A stretch of DNA of 64,000 nt from the NCBI GenBank assembly GCA_023205875.1, contig CP060761.1, forward strand, positions 62,001 to 126,000, in the 5' to 3' direction. A program made the translations under genes and the position numbers. Position 1 is the first letter of the stretch; each line of letters opens with the position of its first letter. The DNA is from Chloropicon primus. Taxonomy: Eukaryota. The notes below the pieces were generated by a model, which saw nothing but the letters and a program-made list of their open reading frames with translations, was not told where the DNA came from and searched no databases. Of the stretch, positions 1-8,072 are shown piece by piece.

Positions 1-112
1 TCAAGCTCCATCCCAGCGCGATGCAGAGAAGGGCCAGGAGGATGCAAGCGAGCCCGGCGAGCGGGGAGAAGCAGGAGGCGCAGGCACCGGCCGCGGCGGC
101 GTGATCAAGTAG
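1..112 (+). CDS. Probable 3' end of a gene entering from the left edge (product unknown)
   Basis: GC-rich open frames on + end at TGA (~102-104) or TAG (~110-112). An AT-rich stretch follows and converges on the stop of the next gene. The frame cannot be resolved. Confidence 0.35.
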   Translation, partial: QAPSQRDAEKGQEDASEPGERGEAGGAGTGRGGVIK

Positions 113-201
113 TTGTACAAAAGTCGAGGAAGCAAACCCAAATGATATTTATATAAAAATACACACAAAACAACATAAAACCACAAAATCCATCACCTGC
201 T

Positions 202-3200
202 CTACAGGCTGACCTGGAAAAAGTCACTCGAGTAGGAGGAGGACCTCCTGCCTCCGTACAAGTACAAGTCCCCGCCGGCAAAGGCGCATCCGGCATGGAC
301 CTCCTCGTTCTCGCCGCCCGACCCGGCGGAAGACTCGCTGATGGTCAAGTCCACCCACTGATTGTAGAGGAAATCGTACCTGAACAGCTTGCCGGTTGAC
401 TCCTTGACGTACCAGGAAGCGTTGTACACACAAGGCGACACGTTCCAGGGACCGAATTCAGGGGGAGACTTTGGCGTGATGTTCGCCCACTCGAGCGAGT
501 TGTAGTCGAAGCGCCACATTTCCGTGCTCAAGCCGCTGTCGGTGTACCCCCCGAAGACGTACATGCCGTCCTCGAAAGTGGCTGCGGCGTGCCCGTACCT
601 CGGGCTGGGCCCCGTGGACTTGACGGTCGCGTAAGCGTTCTCGTCGATGTCGTACACAAACAAATCGCTCAGCAGCTCTCCCCCGCTCTTTCCTCCGAAC
701 ACGTAGATCTTCTTCCCATGCAAAGCCATGGAGTGGTGCTCTCTCGGGGTGGGCCTCAGGGACCCATAAGGCACCTCGGAAGACCACCTCATCTTGTTGA
801 AGTTGAGAGACCAGACCTTGTCCTCGGCGGCGTGCGGGCCTATTGCTCCGTACGACCCCTGGGATCCACTCGCTCCGTACCTCCCAAAGCCGCCGATCAG
901 GTACATCTTCTCACCGTCCATGACATAGCTCCTCGTCCTCCTGGAAGGTGGGTTGGTCCCCCTGGTGGAAACCTCGTAAAAGGACTTGCCATTGAAGATG
1001 ACGTCCTCCTCCGCCCCGCGGGTGAGCTCGATTCCCGGGGTGTACTTGGCCACAATGACGGAGTCCCAGGCCCCCACAGACCCCCCGCCCGTGTAGAGCA
1101 ACACCCTGTCCAAGGGCCTGGAGGGCCTGGACAGGGAGGGCTCGTGGACCCCGTCAATGGCGAAGGAGGCCACCGTTCCGTTGTCCAGAATTTCGAACGA
1201 GTGCCACCCTGGGGACTGCGGCACGGAGGTCGCTCTCCAAGGGTAGCAGCTCGAGTAGTTCGTCTTGGAGACCTGAGAGTTCACCCCTACGATGAACCCC
1301 TGGGAACACATGTTCGTGGACTCGACTTTGGTGCACGGATCGTAGTTTGGACTGAACCAGTTCACCGCCGAGGTGGTGCTGCCCGCCTCAGAGACGTAGA
1401 AATACCCTTTCACGAGGTAGGTCGCCATGGAGCTCAAAGGCTTTTCGATGCCCCCCCCCGCGGTCGCCAGGGAGTTCACCTTCAGACTGTACTTCCCGCT
1501 GAGGGCAACCTCGGTGCTCACCGTGAAAGCGGCTGGATCCTGGTCACTCGGGATGAAGCAGGCCCCGCAAGGCGAGGTCAGCGTGTACCCGTGGTCCGCA
1601 AAGGTCTTGCCTTTTCCCTCGAAGTCGTCGTGGACCACCATCAGGCTCCCCGCCGACGAGAGAGCCGAGGACTTGGCGTGCGTGTTGCCATAATACATGT
1701 AGCACTCCTTCTCCGTGGGCCGCAACCAGATCGTCGTCTTGTCCGAGTCGCAGCCCTGGAGGGGATCCACCCAGAAGGGAACGTTGCTGGACGTGCTCGA
1801 GGACTTGAAGATGAGGTCGCTGCAGTCCGCGTTCATTTTCCCTTGGCCGATCAGGGACTTCGTGTCTACCGTGAAGGACAAGGCGTGGCTCGGAACGGAG
1901 CTGAAGCTGAGCTTGCTCCTGTACCTCCATGTGTTCTCCTCGAGGTCTGGCTCGTAGCGCCAAACGCTCTCCACAAAGTCCTTGCTGGCACCCCAGCCGT
2001 TGACCACGTAAATGTCTTTCTTGTACGACGCCACCATCGAGTTGTAGAGCTCCCCTGGGCCCTGCGTCAGGACTTTCCTCAGGGAGGGAGAGTCGCAGGT
2101 CACGAGCCTCGGGCTGGACGGAACCTTGACAGAATTCACACCGATGTCCACGTGGTAGGCCCCTGGACTCGGGGTCGTTGCCTTGGCAGAGTAGCTCCCG
2201 TCCCCGTTGTCCTTGACGGTCAACCTCGACACCACAATGTCCGAGCCGTGGAGGGTTCCCTCCTTGGAGGGTTTGCTCACCCGCGTCAGGGCGATGTGCA
2301 CGGTGTCGCCCCCCGTGGTCCTGTCGCATCCGTGGACGTCCACAGTAGTCAGCTTGATCTCGAAAGGGACGCCAGAAACGACGTGCGAAGAGATGGAGAC
2401 CTCTGTCTTGCTCGGATCGGTGACGTGGTTGGACACAAAGCTCACGGCGTAAGGACCCCACGGCTGGTTGTCGATCTTCATGTCAAGGTTCAGGAGCCCG
2501 CAAGACGTCGCCTTGTACTGAAGCTCAAAAGCGTTTGTGCCCACGCAGGAATCGGACTGAGCACTCACGGAGACGTGGGGGAGATCCTTCGCGTTGTTCA
2601 CCGGCGCGACCTTGTCGCCCTGAGAAATTTTTGCGAACGCGACGTCCATCAGAGACGGAGGGACCACGTCGTCCGTGAGCACAGAGTTGAACGGGAACCC
2701 GCACTTGTCGACAAGGGTGACCGTGATGGTGGCATTTTCGCCAACGACCGCGGACGACAGTCCACCTCCCTGGAAGGAGGAAGCGCTCAGATCAAGCACG
2801 CCTGCGTTCGTTGGGGCTTCGTCCGTGCTCCAGGCGGCCCCCTTGAGAGTGCCGTGGGCCATGCTGCTCGAGAGGTCGGCTACCACATCACCGACCTTGT
2901 CGTTCATTCTGTAGTACGCCGAAATCGAGTTGCTGAGGGAAGGGCAGTGCATCGTCGAGGCAATCTCAGCCTTCGTCAGGGCCTGGCCAAAGAACCTCAA
3001 CTCGTCCATGAGTCCAACCAGCCCGTTTCCAATAATGAGCTTCTGGGAGTTTCCCCTGGCGTGCCGGTCCTCCTCGTACGCCTGCTCTCCCACAACCTCC
3101 CCGTCGGCATAGAGGACGAGCTTCTTGCCGTCGTAGGAGACCGCCAAGTGGGTCCAGGCGCCCACGATGGGGGCGTACGAAGTCTCGATGTACCTGTACT

Positions 3201-6200
3201 GCTCAGCCCCGACGTACACCCCGGTGCTCAGCAACCCGCCCGAAAGGCTCACCCAGTAACCGCGGCCGGAAACGGGGGACTCCTTGGAGATCAGCTTGGC
3301 CGAGAGCATCGACTGCGTCGGCTTGACAAAAAAGTCGACGGTGTACTTGTCAGACAAATCGATCGCAGGCGAGTCGGCGACTTCCACGTGGCTGCTGCCA
3401 TCGAACTCCAAGCTCGATCCAAAGCTCGCGTCGATGCAAAACGGGCTCGATGTCCCGTCATAGGAGCCAAACTTAGAGTCTTTCCCCGCGTTGTTCTCCG
3501 TCCACCAGCCCACGCTCTTTCCCTGCAGCCCCTGCATCACGTTGGTTCCCACGTGCTCATCGTCCAGCGTCACCGAAAGCAAGCTTCTTCCCGTGACCAA
3601 GGGCGAGTACTCCAAGCTATAGGTTCCATCACCCAGGTCGACCACGTGGCCTTCCTGGGTGTACTTTCCGCTCAAGAGAACCTTGAAGAGGTCTCCTCCC
3701 TTCTTCTTGATGCAACCGAACTCGTCGATGGCCTGGAGGAAGAACTTGGTGTTCGCTCCGGCGACCGCGGCACTCCTGTCGTCGGTGTCCGGCGTCAGGT
3801 CATTGTCGTCGTACACGAAGCTCAGCGAAGCGTTGGCGACACCAGAGTCGACGTACACCTTGATCGGGGTGTTCTTCGCCAACTTCGCGGCGTGGGTCGT
3901 GTACACAGAACCGTCGGTTACAGGTACGGACGAGTCTTCGACTCTCAGGGCGTAAAACCCGCAAAGATCGGCTTGGTAAGACCCGGAGTACGTGCCGTCA
4001 CCGTTGTCCACCGTGTTGCCGTGAAAAAGATTCAAGTGCGTGTCCAGAGGACCCGCAAGGACGACTTGGACGGGGTCCCCGCCCTTCCTCAGGAGGTTTC
4101 CACACGTGTCCTTCGCCTGGAAGGTGAAGGTGGCCACCTCCCCGGCCTTTGCGGAGACCGTGCCACTGCCGCTCACGGGAGAGTGCGGCCAGTAGATCGT
4201 CGAGGCAGGCTTGCCGTGGTCCGAGGAAACCCACAGGGGTTCCGCGGTGCCGCTGAAGGCCAGGACAAGCAAAGGAGCGCTCCCGGACGAGTACTTCACT
4301 CCAGTCCCTTCGTCGAAGGGAAAGTAAGCGTACAAGTTAGCGTGGGACTTGACTGATGGCTTGCACTGGTAGAAGGAGAGCACTTGGGCCTCCGTGAGGT
4401 CGTCGTTCCACATCCTAACCTCTCCCACATAACCCTTGAAGCTCTCTCCAACAATGATGCTCTTAGTGGATGCCTCGATGGGCTGCTTGTCCAGGGACGT
4501 GGGGTCGGTGACAATGGTCAAGAACGTGTGCTTGGTCGAGTAGGGCTCGTTGACGGTCAGAGACCCGCTGAGGAGGGAACTGACCCCAACCCTTTGCGCG
4601 ACGCCGTTGATCGCGATCATCATGGAAGACTGGTCGTAGGTGACGCTCACAAGCTGCCACTTTCCCGTCTCCACCACCGCGTCGGACGTCGCAATCGACC
4701 TGAAGATTCCAGGAGTCGAGTCACTGTCGAGCATCACCCTGAACTCTACCCTACCGTCGACTACCGAGACGGAGAACCCGAGGGCGTCGTCTCCAGTCGC
4801 CCCGGTCTTCTTGGAGGGCTGGTAAAACACCCTGCTGGTCCCCGTCGTGGAGTCTGGCTTGACCCACACCTCCACCGTGACCTCCGAATTCGTGTGCCAG
4901 CTCGTGCTGTCGAACTGGCTCTCCCCCGCGTCATCGGTCAGCGTGAAGTGGTGAGACCCATCGAGGTGAACGGCGTACTGCTGGTTGTCGTACAGCTTGT
5001 TGACCTCCTTGCTCGAGAGAGCCCTCTCCCACAGCCAGACGTCGTCCAGCTTTCCTTGGAGGTGAGACGCAAGCAGAGCTGTGAGGGACTGGCCAGTGCT
5101 TTGGGAGGCGGCGCTCGTGGCCACCTTCTGGCCAGCCAAGTAGAGGGCAACGCTGGAGCTGCTCCGGGTCGCGCAAACAAATTGCCAGGAATCGAAAATG
5201 ATGGGAGATCCGGCAGATTCGGCGTCGACGCCTGTTTCGCCCTTGAACCTGATGATCCCATCCGAACCGACGGTGAGCTCGTTGTAGACCTCCGTGCTCG
5301 CGCCGCCCCTCTCCGTGTACAGGGTGTGGTTCCCCGGCTCGGCATAGAGCCACAGGCAGACGGTTGAGCTCCCCCCGGTTGTGGACCCCATGACTGCAAC
5401 AGGGACCTCTAGCTTCTGCCCATACTTGAATTGGAGAGCCCTCGTCGGCTTGCCGTTGCGGTCGTCCGTGAAGGTGGCCGAGCCCTGGTACGTGTTCGCA
5501 TTCGTGGCGTCATTTTCGCTCCGCCTCTTGTCCACGTTCTTCACGTGGCCATCAAAGTTGTAGTGGGCCTCCAGGTTGGCGTTCAAGTCCTCCACGATGT
5601 TGTAGGCCAAGGTGAAGTCGAACTCCTTGAAGTTCTGCCCCCCGTTGGTGACCTTGACCTTCTTCTTCAACTCGTCTTGAGAAAAGATGAGGTCGTCTTC
5701 CAGCATGGAAGGCAAGGGGACCAAGAGCTTGGCGGAGCTCGAGTACGTGTAACCCACGGACACGCCATCCAAGGTGACTTTCAGGAAGTCAGTCTCGGCG
5801 AAGTTGGTGCCCGTGACCGTCAAAGTCAACCCAGAAGCCGGACCCTGGTAGTCGGTGTACAGGGAGTTTGAGAAAGGGGACACCTTGGCCACGCTGGCCA
5901 CGGTCAATGCGTCGTAAGGCATGTAGTCGACGGTAACGACTTCGAGATGCCCGTACGTCACCCCATTCGAGGTCGTCGTGGAGGACGTGAGGTCCAGGGA
6001 GGCGATGTCGTCCATGTTCAGGTAAAGCTTCGTCCCCGTTGGGGGCTTGGCGAACGGAAGGTCTCTCGTCTGCTCCGCGGACAGCTCTGAGGCGTACACC
6101 CGCACCTCATCCAGCTGGCCGCTGAAGAACTTCTGCTTCTTGTGCTGCCTGTACTCGAACCCTGCCGTGACGACCGCGCTGGAAAGGTCCGGCAAGACGG

Positions 6201-6663
6201 TCGTGACCTCGAGCTCCTTGGCGCCATCCACGTACAGGGTCACCTTCCTGTGGGACGGTTTGGTGCCGGCAGCATCCAGGTAAACGCCCCTGTCCTCCAC
6301 CGAGGTCGTGATCCCGACGTAGTGCCACTTCTTCCTGTCGTACGTCGTGCTCGTCTCCACCTTTCCCTTGGTGTCATCCCTAAAATAAAACCGTCCAGCG
6401 TTCCAACCTATCGTGGCCGAGTTCTCCTTGGTGCCGTCGGCGAAAGACACCAGGGCCTCCTCGTTGGCGTCCCCTTCCCTCTCCGGCCAGACCCACGCCG
6501 TCGTGGAGAACACTCCGGAGGACAACTCGGTCGTCTCGTCGGCCTCCACGACCGAGTTGATCCCGTTCAGCTTCACCACCGTCTCCCCCGCAACCGCCGT
6601 GGTGAGCAGCGCCACCAGGAGCAAGGAAGCCGCCGCAAGAGCCCTCACCCTGAACAAAGTCAT
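202..6663 (-). CDS. Large secreted multidomain protein: signal peptide, several LamG/concanavalin-like domains, IPT/TIG-like, filamin (Ig) repeats, DUF2341-like, C-terminal Kelch propeller
   Basis: Intronless ORF. First ATG is at 6663 (the ORF track starts at GTG 6669), followed by a hydrophobic leader (LAAASLLLVALLTTAVAG). LamG motifs: WHYVGIT..LYVDG..FSGQLDEVRVY and WTHLAVSYDGKKLVLYADG..GLMDELRFF. Filamin motifs: ATFTFQAKD..GGD..DNGDGTYSGSY. DUF2341-like: CSDLIF..VPFWV..TIWL..YMYYGN. Kelch: PREHHSMAL..IYVFGG and PRYGHAAA..MYVFGG. Confidence 0.85.
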   Translation of the reverse strand: MTLFRVRALAAASLLLVALLTTAVAGETVVKLNGINSVVEADETTELSSGVFSTTAWVWPEREGDANEEALVSFADGTKENSATIGWNAGRFYFRDDTKGKVETSTTYDRKKWHYVGITTSVEDRGVYLDAAGTKPSHRKVTLYVDGAKELEVTTVLPDLSSAVVTAGFEYRQHKKQKFFSGQLDEVRVYASELSAEQTRDLPFAKPPTGTKLYLNMDDIASLDLTSSTTTSNGVTYGHLEVVTVDYMPYDALTVASVAKVSPFSNSLYTDYQGPASGLTLTVTGTNFAETDFLKVTLDGVSVGYTYSSSAKLLVPLPSMLEDDLIFSQDELKKKVKVTNGGQNFKEFDFTLAYNIVEDLNANLEAHYNFDGHVKNVDKRRSENDATNANTYQGSATFTDDRNGKPTRALQFKYGQKLEVPVAVMGSTTGGSSTVCLWLYAEPGNHTLYTERGGASTEVYNELTVGSDGIIRFKGETGVDAESAGSPIIFDSWQFVCATRSSSSVALYLAGQKVATSAASQSTGQSLTALLASHLQGKLDDVWLWERALSSKEVNKLYDNQQYAVHLDGSHHFTLTDDAGESQFDSTSWHTNSEVTVEVWVKPDSTTGTSRVFYQPSKKTGATGDDALGFSVSVVDGRVEFRVMLDSDSTPGIFRSIATSDAVVETGKWQLVSVTYDQSSMMIAINGVAQRVGVSSLLSGSLTVNEPYSTKHTFLTIVTDPTSLDKQPIEASTKSIIVGESFKGYVGEVRMWNDDLTEAQVLSFYQCKPSVKSHANLYAYFPFDEGTGVKYSSGSAPLLVLAFSGTAEPLWVSSDHGKPASTIYWPHSPVSGSGTVSAKAGEVATFTFQAKDTCGNLLRKGGDPVQVVLAGPLDTHLNLFHGNTVDNGDGTYSGSYQADLCGFYALRVEDSSVPVTDGSVYTTHAAKLAKNTPIKVYVDSGVANASLSFVYDDNDLTPDTDDRSAAVAGANTKFFLQAIDEFGCIKKKGGDLFKVLLSGKYTQEGHVVDLGDGTYSLEYSPLVTGRSLLSVTLDDEHVGTNVMQGLQGKSVGWWTENNAGKDSKFGSYDGTSSPFCIDASFGSSLEFDGSSHVEVADSPAIDLSDKYTVDFFVKPTQSMLSAKLISKESPVSGRGYWVSLSGGLLSTGVYVGAEQYRYIETSYAPIVGAWTHLAVSYDGKKLVLYADGEVVGEQAYEEDRHARGNSQKLIIGNGLVGLMDELRFFGQALTKAEIASTMHCPSLSNSISAYYRMNDKVGDVVADLSSSMAHGTLKGAAWSTDEAPTNAGVLDLSASSFQGGGLSSAVVGENATITVTLVDKCGFPFNSVLTDDVVPPSLMDVAFAKISQGDKVAPVNNAKDLPHVSVSAQSDSCVGTNAFELQYKATSCGLLNLDMKIDNQPWGPYAVSFVSNHVTDPSKTEVSISSHVVSGVPFEIKLTTVDVHGCDRTTGGDTVHIALTRVSKPSKEGTLHGSDIVVSRLTVKDNGDGSYSAKATTPSPGAYHVDIGVNSVKVPSSPRLVTCDSPSLRKVLTQGPGELYNSMVASYKKDIYVVNGWGASKDFVESVWRYEPDLEENTWRYRSKLSFSSVPSHALSFTVDTKSLIGQGKMNADCSDLIFKSSSTSSNVPFWVDPLQGCDSDKTTIWLRPTEKECYMYYGNTHAKSSALSSAGSLMVVHDDFEGKGKTFADHGYTLTSPCGACFIPSDQDPAAFTVSTEVALSGKYSLKVNSLATAGGGIEKPLSSMATYLVKGYFYVSEAGSTTSAVNWFSPNYDPCTKVESTNMCSQGFIVGVNSQVSKTNYSSCYPWRATSVPQSPGWHSFEILDNGTVASFAIDGVHEPSLSRPSRPLDRVLLYTGGGSVGAWDSVIVAKYTPGIELTRGAEEDVIFNGKSFYEVSTRGTNPPSRRTRSYVMDGEKMYLIGGFGRYGASGSQGSYGAIGPHAAEDKVWSLNFNKMRWSSEVPYGSLRPTPREHHSMALHGKKIYVFGGKSGGELLSDLFVYDIDENAYATVKSTGPSPRYGHAAATFEDGMYVFGGYTDSGLSTEMWRFDYNSLEWANITPKSPPEFGPWNVSPCVYNASWYVKESTGKLFRYDFLYNQWVDLTISESSAGSGGENEEVHAGCAFAGGDLYLYGGRRSSSYSSDFFQVSL

Positions 6664-6715
6664 TCTCACAAAGTCAATCCGAACGAACCGATCTTCCCTT
6701 CCACTCCCTCTCCCT

Positions 6716-6770
6716 CTGTCTCTCTCTCTGTGTGTGTGTGTCTCTGTGTGTGTCTCTGTGTGACTCTCTG
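6716..6770. repeat. (CT)n/(GT)n compound microsatellite upstream of the LamG-filamin-Kelch gene
   Basis: ctgtctctctctctgtgtgtgtgtgtctctgtgtgtgtctctgtgtga. Confidence 0.8.
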
Positions 6771-7051
6771 CCTCAGGTCAAGCAACCCTACACGGGCCTC
6801 CTCATGACCCACCCACTGGAGTGACTGTTATTCCCCAGCCAAAGCAGTGAGGAGGAGGGGAGGAGTGGGGAGGACACCGTTTCTTGCCGTATAATGCAAT
6901 GCCGTGCCGTACCGTGCCTTGCCCAAAGTCGGTCACAAAGTCGGTCCTCTCCCTCACCGCCTCGTGTGTTGCCAACAATACAATACGATTCAAACCTTTC
7001 CTTGGGATGCATGCCCCGCGGTCAAATCGGATCCCGAGATCCGAAACAAAA

Positions 7052-7088
7052 GGTTTAGGGTTTAGGGTTAGGTTTTAGGTTTTTAGGT
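7052..7088 (+). promoter_or_regulatory. Interstitial telomere-like (telo-box) cluster in a divergent promoter
   Basis: ggtttagggtttagggttaggttttaggtttttagg: two perfect TTTAGGG units plus degenerate ones, lying between the divergent LamG gene and MED8. Confidence 0.65.
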
Positions 7089-7336
7089 GAGCGCGCCCTC
7101 GAGCGCGACGAGCAGCGGCGACGAGCAGCGGCGAGGGAGGGAGGACACGGGGTAAGTTAGAGACGGAGATGGAGGACGAGATCGTGAAGAGAGGAGGAAG
7201 AGAGGCAAAATATTCGAAGCGTGTCGTAGAGATCTTTCGTTTGAGCCGTCGATTGGAAACAATGACGACGGATGGAGGACTGAAAGGGAACACCTTTTGC
7301 AGTTGTTGATTTGTTATCGATATCGATATCGATGCG

Positions 7337-8002
7337 ATGGAGGGGGAGGCGAGGCAGAGGGAGGGGTACGCGGCGAGGGTGCAGGACTTTGCGTTCGGGG
7401 GGGAGCCAGGGAAGTTGAACTTGGGGTCGATACTCAGGAAAGCGAACGAGATGTACGCAAACTTGGTGCGGTTGGAGCAGGAGCTCCGTTTTGGTTTTGA
7501 TGCGAGTCACGGCAGCAACAGCAGCAACACGAACAAGGCGAAGAAGTGGAACCACTTGATCGATCTGTTCAGCATGATTCACAGGCAGTACGCCGCCCTC
7601 GTGACGCAGATGAGGGACAACCTGGGGTACTGGGCCATTTACCCGAGGAGAGTGGACCAGGCTCTCGCCATGAAGCTGCAAGGTGGGATGATATCCCCCA
7701 AGCTGCTGGTGGAGCAGGAGCAAGAGAACGAGGCGGTGGTGAGGGAGAGCGACTTCCGGGACGCCGGGCTGATCGAGGAAACGGTGCGGCACATCGGAGA
7801 GATCGTGGACCGGATCACGAACCACAGAGCAACCGTTCAGGGCTCGGGCGTCCTGGACCCGAGGTCCCCCGAGCTCTCGGGCCTCTGGGCGGAGATGAAG
7901 AAGGACAGGAAGGCGAGGGCGGCGCGCCCGGGGGCAGGGCGAGCCGGGTCCACGAGGCAGCTGAAGGACATGCTCGAGTTCATGCGAACGGGAAACCTGT
8001 AA
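7337..8002 (+). CDS. MED8: Mediator of RNA polymerase II transcription subunit 8
   Basis: Matches the plant MED8 N-terminal pattern: LNLxSI..KA, KWxxLxxxFSM, YPRRVD, MISPKLLxExE. TGTAA signal at 8029-8033. Confidence 0.7.
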   Translation: MEGEARQREGYAARVQDFAFGGEPGKLNLGSILRKANEMYANLVRLEQELRFGFDASHGSNSSNTNKAKKWNHLIDLFSMIHRQYAALVTQMRDNLGYWAIYPRRVDQALAMKLQGGMISPKLLVEQEQENEAVVRESDFRDAGLIEETVRHIGEIVDRITNHRATVQGSGVLDPRSPELSGLWAEMKKDRKARAARPGAGRAGSTRQLKDMLEFMRTGNL

Positions 8003-8072
8003 AGGAACCGACTTGATATAATGTACAATGTAAAATAACAAAATAACCCACTTGACACAGAGAGGAGCCGCC

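Noticed and set aside
589..4356. 1255-aa + strand ORF, plus other long antisense ORFs (39470-41311, 55422-57056, 62181-63875)
   Set aside because: These are antisense shadows of GC3-rich genes with no domain-like content; the opposite strand has clear motifs.
7052..7088. Possible chromosome end or fusion scar
   Set aside because: Only two perfect TTTAGGG units in a promoter, which fits a telo-box better.
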